Positions 32,119 to 43,670 of a DNA stretch of 64,000 nucleotides are shown in pieces. Each line of letters opens with the position of its first letter. The stretch's first letter is position 1. The notes below the pieces were generated by a model, which was not told where the DNA came from, did no database searches, and saw nothing but the letters and a program-made list of their open reading frames with translations. This DNA is from an uncultured Nitrososphaerales archaeon. Lineage in GTDB: Archaea; Thermoproteota; Nitrososphaeria; Nitrososphaerales; Nitrososphaeraceae. A program made the position numbers and the translations under genes. The stretch covers positions 160,001 to 224,000 of the forward strand of contig CAVQMO010000001.1 of the NCBI GenBank assembly GCA_963713605.1, given 5' to 3'.

Positions 32119-32718
32119 ATGAAGCTCACCAAAGCTAGGAAAGATCAATATCGGAAGTTAGCAAAACAGGAAGGATATCGTAGTCGGGCTGCGTTTAAAC
32201 TCCTTCAGCTCAACAAGTCTCACAAGATACTCAAGAAATCTGATAGAGTGGTAGAATTTGGTTGCGCCCCAGGAGGGTGGATTCAGGTAGTTAGTCAACT
32301 AGTCGGTCAATCCGGTTTTGTTTTGGGATTGGATCTAAAGGAAATTAGTCCGTTGGCGGGTACGAGATTTATCAAGGGAAGTATAGAAGATCCGCAACTG
32401 ACACAAATTCTTCTCCAGACTATCGGCCCTGGTAACAAATTTGATGTAGTACTTAGTGACATGTCACCTAACGTAAGTGGAATTTGGGAGGTTGATCATG
32501 AAAGACAAATTTCTCTTACTAAACATGCCCTACATGTCTCCACAAAAATCCTTGAAAGTGGTGGAAATGCTGTTTATAAGATTTTTCAAGGTGTTTCAAC
32601 ACGATCCTTTGTAGAGGAACTTGCTATACACTTCACTTTAGTAAAGCTTAGCAAGCCTCCAGCCAGCAGACAGGAAAGCAGTGAACTTTACGTAATATGT
32701 CTTGGCTTTAAAGAGTAA
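32119..32718 (+). CDS. rlmE: 23S rRNA U2552 2'-O-methyltransferase (FtsJ/RlmE)
   Basis: GYRSRAAFKL, GCAPGGW, VLSDMSPNVSG, KPPASRQESSE. Confidence 0.92.
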   Translation: MKLTKARKDQYRKLAKQEGYRSRAAFKLLQLNKSHKILKKSDRVVEFGCAPGGWIQVVSQLVGQSGFVLGLDLKEISPLAGTRFIKGSIEDPQLTQILLQTIGPGNKFDVVLSDMSPNVSGIWEVDHERQISLTKHALHVSTKILESGGNAVYKIFQGVSTRSFVEELAIHFTLVKLSKPPASRQESSELYVICLGFKE

Positions 32719-32761
32719 ACTGGTTCAAGTTCGCTTCCATATGGAACTTAGTGTTGTAACA

Positions 32762-33484
32762 TCAGCAGCCGTATCGTATGCCTGTACTGCATCTACCAGA
32801 AGTAATATGATACGATATACACCCATCATCCTTGATTTTCAGGTTTTGCATCGAAACGGGGTATGAGGCCCTTGAGCCATCGTCATTAGGCAGCAAGGCG
32901 CTATAAGGATAAAAGGTAGTCGAATATTCATCGGAGGAATTATCGCTAAGTCCAAACAATAACTGGGAAACTTCTACTTCATACTTTATTGGATACGGTG
33001 AATTCCTCATTTTATTCCACCATTCTATTCCTGTGAATTGTCTTGAGCCTTGAAAATTAAACCCCGCGACATTCTTTGCAGAGAGGTCGTAGATTTCATT
33101 TTGTCCATTGTTTTTATCTGTCAACGCATATCTGATTGTTTGTTTTTTGGAATCAAGAAATATCTGGCGATTGTAGGTGTGCCCGATAACTGGAAGAACG
33201 TGCACGAACCTATACTGATTAACCCCTCGAAATATCGCTTCAAAATAGTCTTGACCATCGAATTGGCAGATTAGGTTTAGCTCCAATGCGATGCCTTGAT
33301 TGTTAAAAATTTCTAAGAGATAGAGCATCCATGATTTGTCAGGAATGTTATTCGCCATTTCATTAACGATTGTAATTCTGTCTGCTACAGATATCACTCC
33401 CAAAGGGAAGAAGGATCTGACCTTCTTAGGATTGCTCTTCTCGCTATCCGTGACAAGACAATGTGAACCTACCCAGTAATGCAT
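32762..33484 (-). CDS. Hypothetical beta-rich protein
   Basis: 240-aa ATG ORF. Confidence 0.7.
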   Translation of the reverse strand: MHYWVGSHCLVTDSEKSNPKKVRSFFPLGVISVADRITIVNEMANNIPDKSWMLYLLEIFNNQGIALELNLICQFDGQDYFEAIFRGVNQYRFVHVLPVIGHTYNRQIFLDSKKQTIRYALTDKNNGQNEIYDLSAKNVAGFNFQGSRQFTGIEWWNKMRNSPYPIKYEVEVSQLLFGLSDNSSDEYSTTFYPYSALLPNDDGSRASYPVSMQNLKIKDDGCISYHITSGRCSTGIRYGC

Positions 33485-33760
33485 TCCATATTACTAGTAA
33501 TTTATGTTATTTAATCTACCTACTTTATCCGACGTCATAAAACAATAATCTATACCAATGTCAACATTATTCGAAGCTTATGCAATTAGCAAAGTGATCG
33601 AAAATTAATTCAGTCATAAGTTTAAGAATATAACTATGAATAAGCATTTCTTATTAGGCCAATAAGATAATCAGTGGATCGCTGGCAATGGCAATGTTAT
33701 TGTTACTCTAAGTTTGTCGATGTGTGCTTGTGGTCAGGTGAAGGATAGCGCTATACATGT

Positions 33761-34312
33761 CTATTTCTTTAGAAAGGATCCTAATTCTTTCATTCGTCCA
33801 GCCAGAAATCCCAATAAACAACCGTAGATAATATGAAATACCAATGAACCACCAATAATAACTGGAAACAACGATTGGAAGTGACTGGCAATATCATAGA
33901 TGTATTGATTTGGTGCCGAGTTGGAAAGCGAGTCAAGTCGAGGCTGTATTCCAAATGTGGTAACTGGAACAAATAATATTGCCCATAAAACGACTCCTAC
34001 TATTAGTCCAGTAATTATCCCATGATGATAGTCGTATGGCGCTATCCATCTCCAAAATGTTGATGCTTGTCCAAATATGTTTCCTGCTATGGTACCAGTT
34101 AACAAGTGAAAGCTAAATCCTACATATTGTGCAACTATCGGATCGTTAAAACCTAACGATATTCCGATCACAGCAAAGAATGTTCCAGGAGGAGTTCCTG
34201 AGATAAGGTCAACAACAACGAGGAGTCCTGAGATGGCCCATACAGCTATAAATCCCGCAAGTGTACAGTATGGAATATAGGCTCTTTGATCTACTCGCCA
34301 GCTCGCTTTCAA
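33761..34312 (-). CDS. Four-TM membrane protein
   Basis: Hydrophobic helices with His (FHLLTG, FHIIYG). Confidence 0.75.
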   Translation of the reverse strand: MKASWRVDQRAYIPYCTLAGFIAVWAISGLLVVVDLISGTPPGTFFAVIGISLGFNDPIVAQYVGFSFHLLTGTIAGNIFGQASTFWRWIAPYDYHHGIITGLIVGVVLWAILFVPVTTFGIQPRLDSLSNSAPNQYIYDIASHFQSLFPVIIGGSLVFHIIYGCLLGFLAGRMKELGSFLKK

Positions 34313-34511
34313 CCCTTCTCGTTAATCGTATTGCAGTGTTTGAGTATTTAAAGAATGCCCGATAATTGGAGCGCAACATCATTTTTAACCATGCAGGATA
34401 CACACATAAAAGCCCCGTAACTCGATCCTTAGAGTAAATTACACAGCCCGATGCTCAATAAGTCGACACTAAAGTAATCTGTCTTATAACAACTCTGTAA
34501 GCCCCCAAATT

Positions 34512-34534
34512 AGGCGCGGGGTGTGGGATTCGAA
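34512..34534 (-). repeat. att-like copy of the tRNA-Ser 3' end
   Basis: AGGCGCGGGGTGTGGGATTCGAA versus AGGCGCGGGGAGTGGGATTCGAA at 48096-48118 (22/23). Confidence 0.85.
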
Positions 34535-34900
34535 TCCCTTAGCCAAAGATGGGGATTCCATCTGATTCTGTATATTGCCAGAATGCTTTATCCCACTCCG
34601 TTTGCGAACGCCATACCCTTGCAATCAACGTCAAACATTGGTTACTGCATTTACGCATAGGCTCTTCAAGCGTTTGATTGAGTCACGGCTTATTATCCGT
34701 ATTTTTCCCCCAGATCAGACATAATTTCAACAAATTAGAGTAGAAAGGAAAATCTTATAAATTGCGGTCTTGTACGTGACAATCATGAACAATCTATTCA
34801 GTTTGCTAATAAACCTTGGAAGCCGGAGGATATCAGTGTGTACGAACAAACGCATTCCAGCTCATCCGGATTGCGGCCATAACTAAGGTGTTATCCTAAA

Positions 34901-35640
34901 TTGAGTATTCAAAGGTACGGATTATGGGACGACATTCTGGGCCATAGCTATGGTTTTTGGTCAAGACAATGGTTGAAATGGGCTATATCTCCTCCTGTGA
35001 GCGGTGTTGTGAATGAGCATCCGCTGAAGGAATTTGATACGGGGGCTCACGTCGTAGTTCACGGAACACTTCCTGCAGGTGAAAATTCAGATAGAGTATC
35101 TTTTTCGGTGGATATTGGGAAGGTGACGAAGGTGAGCCAGCGCTTGATAATATCATTAAAGGCGGATATTATTTTAATCAAGCTAGAATATTTCGCAAAG
35201 TCGAGGACTTTCCAGGTAACGTTCCAATTCTCATCAATGCAGTATCCTCTGCAATTTCTCCAGAAGAGCATCCCGATGCTTTCGGACGAGCACTTTCCCT
35301 TGAAGACATTGAATATGCGGGCAAAAAATGTAATAGACCAATCTTATTCTGCGGTAAAGATTAAGTCCCCCAATGGTGAAATGCATGAATTTCATTCTAA
35401 TAAAGGAACACTCGATCGGGTTAGATACCCTGTTCATAATCCAACTGTAAGGGCAGGTATGTGGCATCACTTTGGAGAGAATAAGGAGATACACGCCGCC
35501 TAGATGGTTATTGGCTATTCCTGCGTGGATTAGAACCAGATAAGTCATCCCCATATACAATACAAATTGACTCTTACTCGCCTTTTTTTGATGTGTACTC
35601 ACGCTCACAATAGTCCGCATGATCCCTTTCAGGTTCATGT
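34901..35640 (+). pseudogene. Signal-peptide-less 'WWxW...DGYW' family protein, frameshifted
   Basis: GHSYGFWSRQWLKWAIS...HP; after a shift at ~35501 DGYWLFLRGLEP; end approximate. Confidence 0.6.
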
Positions 35641-35683
35641 CACATACGAGCTTTATGTGCCTCAATCATGAATTGGAATTAGA

Positions 35684-36328
35684 TTGTTTCAGGAGAATTT
35701 TAATCAATACGAACGCTCTCTATTCTACTGCCGCAAGGAGCATCCATTTGGAGTCTCGTGGGAGGAATGGTGCTGCAGGTGGTGGAAATGGGCACTATCC
35801 ATTCCTAGGGAATCGAACCCAGGGATAGATAGCACTGGCGAAAAATATTTCCTAAATCCGCAATGGGAATCAGTGATATTTCTTGTAGGCACGTTTGGCG
35901 GTAGGGCTCAACGCTCCTATAAGATACCCGGAGGAAAATCAATTTTCTTGCCTATTATTAATTTCGAGACTTCCTTTAATGAAGAACCATATTTGCAGAG
36001 TGAGGAAGACTTGTTGAGTAGAGTGAGACGCGATATCGATGACATTATTCGTAGGGAGCTGATAATCGATGGAAATAGAGTTGTTAACTTGGATGCCTTC
36101 CGGATCACTACCGATGTGTTTGATCTAATCCTTCCTGAGGATAATGTATTTGGAGTTAAGCCTGGATTCACGCGTGCTGCTTCGGACGGTTACTGGGCCT
36201 TTCTCAAACCCCTTCCGTTGGGCCAGCATACAATTCGAGCTTCCGGTGCATGTTCATCCGGAAAAACTACCGTCGATATCACTTGGCAAATAACCGTAGA
36301 ACAGGATCAGACATCAAACTACCGATAA
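35684..36328 (+). CDS. Signal-peptide-less 'WWxW...DGYW' family protein
   Basis: PFGVSWEEWCCRWWKWALSIPRESNP, FLVGTFGG, IPGGKSIFLPIIN, AASDGYWAFLKPLPLGQHTI. Confidence 0.85.
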   Translation: MFQENFNQYERSLFYCRKEHPFGVSWEEWCCRWWKWALSIPRESNPGIDSTGEKYFLNPQWESVIFLVGTFGGRAQRSYKIPGGKSIFLPIINFETSFNEEPYLQSEEDLLSRVRRDIDDIIRRELIIDGNRVVNLDAFRITTDVFDLILPEDNVFGVKPGFTRAASDGYWAFLKPLPLGQHTIRASGACSSGKTTVDITWQITVEQDQTSNYR

Positions 36329-36390
36329 ACGATAATGATGGAAACTTGGAATTCAGGTTTCCTGGCATACGTAATAAAATGTATTTTCCT

Positions 36391-37172
36391 CTAGGGGCGT
36401 ACGGTAAGATGGTACCTGCCATCTTGTGCGAATGTATTTGGACCGGTTGCAGTGACGTCTACGCTAGTGCCCTTAAAATGAATTTCATGCTTCCCTGGAG
36501 GTAGCGGCTTTAGAAATACATACTGTCCATTACCTGCTCCTTCGTAACTCTCCTGCGTCGACGCCAAATATGTTATTCTCTGGTAGAGTAAAGTTAAACA
36601 CAGGTGTAGCTACACGATAACTTTCAACAGGTCTCCCATCCACACTGGCTTCCATTTGGGTAACTTTGTCTTGGAAGTCTTTCGCGCATTCAATCATATC
36701 CTCCTTAGTACTTAAATTAGGAAATTCGGCTGGTGAACAAAAGGAATTGAGAATCGGAAAGAATAGTGATGCATTCGAAGGAACAGGTACAAGCTCTTTC
36801 AACAGATCCAGCAAATGTACCTGCTAGAAACCAGACTGGTCCCTGCTGTTTTTGAGCACAATAATCTCCTGTCGTATCTATTACAGGATTCGTACTTTCA
36901 GGAATTGAATACGCCCAGAGCCACCATAATTCCCCCCATTTACCGTAACTGTTTCCAAAGGGTTCAGACGATTGGGGATATACTTGGGGACCGGCAACAA
37001 CACCACTTTCGTTTTGACCCATTGCAATGGTATCTGGGGTCATTGTGAATAATGGCGCCGAGACGCACAAGAGTGTAACAAGTAAAAGTCTACTTAAATC
37101 AGGATCCGTCCATGCTAGTATCAAAGCTCGCCTGTCAAGGATGGGATGGGTTTCTATTATATAAATTCTCAC
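36391..37172 (-). CDS. Secreted 'WWxW...DGYW' family protein with two +1 frameshifts
   Basis: Hydrophobic leader, PFGNSYGKWGELWWLWAYSIP, WFLAGT / VPSNASLFFPILN...YRV / GNGQYVFLKPLPPGKHEIHF; stop at 36391. Confidence 0.75.
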
Positions 37173-37261
37173 ATTCTATTTCAATTCGGCAAAAAGATTA
37201 TTAATTATTGTGCCATCTTGAACTATAGAGGTCGGTTCATGATGCGACGGACGACTGGAAA

Positions 37262-38622
37262 ATGTATTTGCTAGATAGATTGTTTGAGGACCGGTGCATC
37301 TACGCTTCTTTTATAATATTGTTAGCTGTTTTATTCGTTGATGTTTCTCTCATAAAAATCTTGAATCTGCTTTTTGTCCAAAGTGATAATTTTTGGCGGG
37401 TAAATCTCTTCTCGACGATATCAATATTGTATGTTGTACTGATGGTGTTCATCATTACTGGTAGTCTTAAAAATGGCTGGTGGTCAGCAGTGAAGATTGG
37501 AAGTAAGAATATGCAAAAGCCACTGATAATAACTCAACCTGTCCTACTATCACTCATAGCTATAGTATTAATGCAATTGCTATCTCTCCATCACTACGGT
37601 ACAATCCTCCTAATTATTATTATTGCTACTAGCTACGTTTTGGGGATTTATATTTTGGTTGTTCTTACTAGGCACTTTGTAATTTGGTCCAAATCTAACA
37701 GGACTAACAAAGTCGTCTTAGGGTACAGTGTTTCCTTCATAGTGATCTCTGCAAACCTAATCTTAACTCTGAGCGTTGTAATGATGGCTTCTTTTGGCTG
37801 GAGTTCTACTTCTCCTTCATTTATTGGAACCACTGCCATATACATTAAAAGCGGTTCCCCTCTCTGAGCTAGTAACTTTTGCTGAATTAGTCACCTCGAT
37901 AATTGCGTTTGGAATTACATGGTAATCAACCACTCTACTCCTGTCTAACTATTCGGAAAAGATCGGGAAGAAGTCATACTGGATATTCCTTTCCATTCCG
38001 TTGGCATATTTTATGGGTCAGTATATTGTTTTCTATTTCAGTTTATTTACGCCTCTGTTTACAATTGATCCGTTTTTCTATGGGACGCTCATAACTTTGC
38101 TCTTTGCTCTGAGTAAACCAGTCGGAGGAATCCTTTTTGGCATAAGCTTTCTGGACTGTAGCAAAAAAAATACCGTCTAGCTATAGAGAACGGAGGTATC
38201 TACTCATTTCAGCCTTTGGTTTTATTCTATTGTTCGTGTCCAGTCAGGCTATCCTGTTAATAAATATCCCATTTCCACCTTTCGGTTTGATTGCATCTTC
38301 TACAATAGGATTTGCATGTTACTTAGTTTCGGTGGGCATTTACTCCTCGGCGATCTCAGTAGCCCATGACGCATCATTACGACAACGTGTTAGAAAAATG
38401 GCAACTCCAGGACTTAACTTTCTGGACAGCATTGGAACCGCTGAAATGCAAAGTTATCTTGAGCAAAGAGTTGTTGAACTGGTGGAACGAAATAGAGATA
38501 TTTTGGAGGAAGGAACCAGGGATGAGTCCGACCTGAGTGATGAAGAAATAAAGAAATATGTTGAGGAGGTCCTGGGAGAAGTTAAGGCCAGCAGAGAGCG
38601 TAAAGAAGGAAAAGGATGGTGA
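37262..38622 (+). pseudogene. Multi-pass membrane protein, paralog of 25332-26675, disrupted
   Basis: Frameshifts ~37860 and ~38148, in-frame TAA 37923; LSKPVGG, PFPPFGL, IGTAEM, EEIKKYVEEV. Confidence 0.8.
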
Positions 38623-38855
38623 GCGACAATAAATGCAATATGCAATGTGGACATGTAACTTCTTCTATAGTCGATTTGAGGATTCCTGTTCTCTTCTTGA
38701 GCTCCGTAATATCGGGAATATGATCTCCACGAGTCTTTATCCAAGTGAACCTCACCTCCAGTGGTACCGTTTTGAATATGGTCTAGGTCCTAATGCTAAA
38801 AGGCTATGGGAAAAATAGAGATGCCAAGGCCTTGTACCTGCTCTTGAATGAATAA

Positions 38856-39059
38856 CTATGAAAAGAAAGTTTGTTGAAAGCGCTTCAGTAAGAGCCCTAG
38901 GGTAATTTTACTGCAATTGGAGTCATAACTGTATGACCATGAAAATAGTGCAGGATCCATGATAATCTTTCGTATAATATCCGAATCTTCAACAAAATCA
39001 GGTACCGCCGGCAGTATCATTGTCTCAGTAAACTTTGCAATCATACCTAAACTAGTCAA
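38856..39059 (-). pseudogene. Possible MFS transporter N-terminal fragment
   Basis: FTETMILPAVPDFVED resembles the first helix of archaeal MFS proteins; then degenerates. Confidence 0.3.
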
Positions 39060-39278
39060 GATTGCATGATATCCGTGGGGAGGAAGAAAAGACGAGTATA
39101 CTGATCTGCCTTTTCACAATCCTACTTGCTTATCTTTTCTCAATATCATAATTACTATTCATTTATTTGTTCCACACTAGGAAAATGAGTGTGTGAATAT
39201 CATAATTATGAATTAAAAGTAATTAAATTGGAACTAGAAATAATAATAGGGAATGGAAAGAGGCATCGACATAACTGT

Positions 39279-41076
39279 ATGAGACCAGTTTTGCTTACCG
39301 TGGATGATAATCCGCAGGTGGTTCAAGCTATTAAGCGGGATTTAAGGCATCAATATGGCAAGCGCTTTCGTATTCTTAAAGCTGAATCTGGTCAAAAAGC
39401 TCTTGAATTAGTGAAGCAATTGAAACTGCGAAATGAGACCGTGGCATTGCTCTTGGTAGACCAGCGGATGCCTCAGATGTCTGGAGTAGAATTACTGGAG
39501 CAGTCTATTGACATTTTTCCAGAGGCTAAGCGCGTGTTACTTACGGCGTATGCAGATACTGAGGCTGCAATAAGATCTATCAACAAAGCCAAAATTGATT
39601 ACTACCTAATGAAACCGTGGGACCCTCCTGAAGAACATTTGTATCCAGTACTCGATGATTTATTAGACGATTGGTGGGCTTCTTTTAAGCCTCCATATGA
39701 GGGCATCAAGGTTATAGGAATAAGATGGTCGCCAAGATCATATGAAGTAAAACACTTTCTAGCGAGAAATGGTATACCTTATCAATGGCTAGATATAGAA
39801 TCTGATGAAGGTCGCCATTTGGTTTCTTTTGTCGCTTCGACTAGTAAGGGAGAGGAATCTGGTCAAATTTCCAACACCTCCATTTCTGATATTAATCATA
39901 ACCAGCATGAAAACGACACTGATAATACAGCGTCCTTGATTAGATCACCTTCATTAACACTGTTGCCTTCTTCCTTAAAACTGCCACTTGTTATCTTTCC
40001 TGATGGCTCATATATGGATGAGCCATCTAATTCAGGGCTTGCAGAAAAAATTGGTCTAAAGACTCAAGCACAGATGCCTTTCTATGATTTGATAATAATA
40101 GGAGCAGGACCAGCCGGATTGGCGGCAGCAGTATATGGCGCGTCAGAGGGTCTCAGGTACATTAATAATTGAAAGACAAGCACCGGGCGGACAGGCAGCC
40201 ATGAGCTCTAATATTGAAAATTACCTCGGCTTTCCTTCTGGTCTAACTGGCAGCAATCTCGCTAGACGGGCGGTTGCGCAAGCAATCCGATTTGGCGTTG
40301 AGATTTTGACCCCCCAGGAAGTTATGGGTTTACGAATCGATGGCCCATATAGAATAGTTCAATTAAAGGATGGTAAAGAGATAAGTTGCCATGCCCTTCT
40401 TATTGCGTGTGGGGTATCGTATCGTAAGTTAGAAGATATAAAGGGAATAGATAAACTAACTGGAGCTGGTGTATATTACGGTGCCTCTATGGTAGAGGCG
40501 TTATCGTCTCAGAATGAAGATGTCTATATGGTTGGAGGGGCAAACTCTGCAGGTCAGAGGGCAGTTCATTTTTCTAAATATGCGAGAACAGTAACACTTG
40601 TAGTTCGTGGAGATTCTTTAACCAAAAGTATGTCATACTATCTTGTTAATCAAATAAATAGGACATCTAACATAAAAGTATTATTAAACTCAAAAGTTGT
40701 GGAAGTACAGGGCGGAGATCGGCTTCAATTCGTTACCATATTAAATACCCACACAGGAGAGCAGCATACTGTGGATTGTTCCGTGCTCTACATATTTATT
40801 GGTGCCGTACCACATACGGATGCTCTTGCTGGATTAGTAGAACGAGATGCAAATGGCTTTATATTGACAGGTCAGGATTTAATACAGGAGGATGGGCATA
40901 AACGTCCTAGGGGCTGGTACCTGGATCGGTCCCCATTTTTACTTGAGACAAACTTGCCTGGTATATTTGCTGCTGGAGATGTGCGTCATGGCTCTACGAA
41001 AAGAGTGGCTACAGGTGTTGGGGAAGGGTCTCTAGCTGTTCAACTAATACATCAATACCTAAAGAGCGTCAAATGA
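39279..41076 (+). CDS. Receiver domain-thioredoxin reductase-like FAD oxidoreductase fusion (+1 frameshift ~40157)
   Basis: LTVDD...VDQRMPQMSG...LLTAY...KPW receiver; IGAGPAG, GGANSAGQ, IFAAGDVR. Confidence 0.85.
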
Positions 41077-41166
41077 TGTCAAATAATGGATTGCGTTTGC
41101 TTTGATCCTATGACACAGAGATGAAAATACTAATAACCTAGAAATTAGTGATATCAACAGTAGGCC

Positions 41167-42753
41167 ATGACCATCAGTTCTAATAGCAACAACATTACTC
41201 ATGATCAAGAATCTCTACTTCATCAAATACGGCTCTTCTCGGGGCTGAACGAACAGGAGTTAAATTCATTAGAAAAAGGGCAAGAGGTGTGGTTTAACAT
41301 AGGCGATAAAATACTTGCTGAGGGCCAGCATGATGCTTTTTATGTAGTTGTAGAAGGAAAGGTCGACGTCATATTAAGAGATGGGGCCAAAGAATCAGTT
41401 CTCTCCACCTATGACGCTGGAGATCATTTTGGAGAACTTCCGATCATTCTTGGATGGTCAGATCACAAATGTGCTGCTTTTGCTGCTAAAAAAAGTCGCC
41501 TGCTCAAATGGGATAAAGACGAATTCTGGCGAATGGTATACAGTTCTCCTTCTTTGACAAGACAAATACTGCATTCAATGGCGCAACTTCTTAAAACATT
41601 GGAGACAGTCTTACAACATAACCAGAAGCTCATTGCACTTGGTGGACTAGCTGCTGGTCTTGCTCATGAATTGAATAATCCCGCAGCAGCTCCCAATAGA
41701 TCCGTAACACAATTATCTGAATCCATTCAAGAGTGGAGATCTCTATCACGGAAGCTGAATGGGAAAGAAGGTATAACTCCTGCACAATGGTCATATGTTT
41801 CTAAATTAAGAGATAATATTCGAAATCCTGATCCGCCTTCTGCTGCCAGACAAACTCTTGGTGTTGTTTCTGCTTCTACTGATACTGACACAGATGATCC
41901 TATAAAGCAAAGCGAAATTGAGGAAGAGATCATCGACTGGCTTGGATCTCACGGTATTGGTGATGGATGGAAAATAGCATCTGATCTAATCGCCGCAGGA
42001 ATCACTATAAATGATTTGAATGAGATCACCAAAACTATCAACTCAACTCAATCACCAAAAGGGCGCAAGATGACAAATAATGATATGGTGGATAAAAATC
42101 TTAAGGACATCCTAAGCTGGCTTACAACTACGACAAGAGTAGATCAATTACTTTATGAAATCAAGAGCAGTACCACACGCATTAGTGATTTAGTTTCGGC
42201 TGTGAAATCATATTCATATATGGATCAGGCTCCTCTTCAGGAGGTCGATATCCATAAGGGAATAGAAAGCACATTGACAATTCTGCAATATAAAATAAGG
42301 AAAGCTGACATAACTATAAGTCGAGAATATGATTCTAATTTGCCTCATGTCAATGCTTTTGGAAACGAGCTAAATCAAGTTTGGACAAATTTAATAGATA
42401 ATGCTATTGACGGCATAGGAGAGCACGGAACTATATCAATTCGTACCAAGAACGAGGGGAATGATCATATACTTGTAGAAATAGCGGATAATGGAAGTCA
42501 AGGTATCCCAGAAAACCTAAAATCACGAATTTTTGAGCCATTCTTCACTACTAAGGATCTGGACAAAGGAACTGGTCTTGGATTGAGTATAAGCCACAGG
42601 ATTGTGACAGAGACACATAGAGGGGATATTCGTGTATACTCTCGCCCAGGAGAGACCCGTTTTCAGGTCCTCCTGCCTATCATCTATAATGAGGGACTAG
42701 AGAAAAGGTATTGGTCTTGGATTAAACCATTGGATAACCAAGAAGAAGCGTAA
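41167..42753 (+). CDS. Cytoplasmic histidine kinase with N-terminal cyclic-nucleotide-binding domain
   Basis: FYVVVEGKV...GDHFGEL; H-box LAHELNNP; NLIDNAID, FFTTK, GTGLGL. Confidence 0.9.
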   Translation: MTISSNSNNITHDQESLLHQIRLFSGLNEQELNSLEKGQEVWFNIGDKILAEGQHDAFYVVVEGKVDVILRDGAKESVLSTYDAGDHFGELPIILGWSDHKCAAFAAKKSRLLKWDKDEFWRMVYSSPSLTRQILHSMAQLLKTLETVLQHNQKLIALGGLAAGLAHELNNPAAAPNRSVTQLSESIQEWRSLSRKLNGKEGITPAQWSYVSKLRDNIRNPDPPSAARQTLGVVSASTDTDTDDPIKQSEIEEEIIDWLGSHGIGDGWKIASDLIAAGITINDLNEITKTINSTQSPKGRKMTNNDMVDKNLKDILSWLTTTTRVDQLLYEIKSSTTRISDLVSAVKSYSYMDQAPLQEVDIHKGIESTLTILQYKIRKADITISREYDSNLPHVNAFGNELNQVWTNLIDNAIDGIGEHGTISIRTKNEGNDHILVEIADNGSQGIPENLKSRIFEPFFTTKDLDKGTGLGLSISHRIVTETHRGDIRVYSRPGETRFQVLLPIIYNEGLEKRYWSWIKPLDNQEEA

Positions 42754-42904
42754 AGAATGTAGAGAGGCCTATTTCAAAATTAGAAGCCATCGAGGATTAG
42801 AATATGACACATAAAAGGCAATTCTCGGACTAATCTTCGAAACTTCGAAACTACCTTTTAATGGTTATCCTACGTCTTCCCAATCGGATATGCCACCTGC
42901 ATAG

Positions 42905-43170
42905 CGCCTCACTTTTCTTTCATAATATTATGAAATGGCTTGTAGCCAAGAAAGAATGACAGCCATATCGGCACTTTTATCTTGTCTTCTTTAGTCGAAT
43001 CCTTGAGATCAATCTCGGTTTGTTCGGCCAGAAATGTACTCACAGATAATGTCACAATTCTCTGGATTCGTTTCAATTAACCTCTTTAGTGCCTTATCAT
43101 AGTAGGGTTTGGAGTAGCCGTCTGTGGTGATGTCTATCTTTCTTATGAGTTCATGCAAGGCAGTTTCTTC
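42905..43170 (-). pseudogene. Tyrosine integrase N-terminal fragment
   Basis: SKPYYDKALKRLIETNPENCDIICEYI / AEQTEIDLKDSTKEDKIK; paralog of 47743-48030. Confidence 0.6.
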
Positions 43171-43508
43171 GTGAGATGCTCTTGTTAGTATAGATGCCAA
43201 ATTACAATCACATTGCAGAGCTAAAAAGCATATTGTTAGAATCTCCAAGCAAAGGATTCGCAGCAGCCATAATAGTTTTAATCGGCGGGTGGCTTGTTAT
43301 TGTTAATTTGGATGATAACTTGCCTATTTCCATGAGTGCGGACTAATCAGCTGACCGACCTACGTTCTGATTCTCCTGGGAGAGGCTGTCCTCTACTACC
43401 ATCACTTTTGTCCAGGATCCAAATCAACCCATCTCGAGTCTATATAAAAATCTAAGAGCTCTGAAAAGAGTTTCCCATCGTATCTCAACAGTTTACATTT
43501 TTCCAAAC

Positions 43509-43670
43509 CTAAATGTGACCTAACTGCACTATTTCGACATCAATCCCATCATCCAAATCTTTCAATGCCTTCATTACATGGTGTTCGGCGTCCTCTGTTA
43601 CGACTTCTGACTTTGATGAAAACTTTGCGATGATGAAATATGTATGACGTTTCTGACCGTGTCCGTTCAT
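43509..43670 (-). CDS. Small hypothetical protein (53 aa)
   Basis: MNGHGQKRHTYFIIAKFSSKSEVVTEDAEHHVMKALKDLDDGIDVEIVQLGHI. Confidence 0.35.
   Translation of the reverse strand: MNGHGQKRHTYFIIAKFSSKSEVVTEDAEHHVMKALKDLDDGIDVEIVQLGHI

Noticed and set aside
34512..34540. Second tRNA gene
   Set aside because: Only the 3' T-arm/acceptor fragment is present; interpreted as an att copy.
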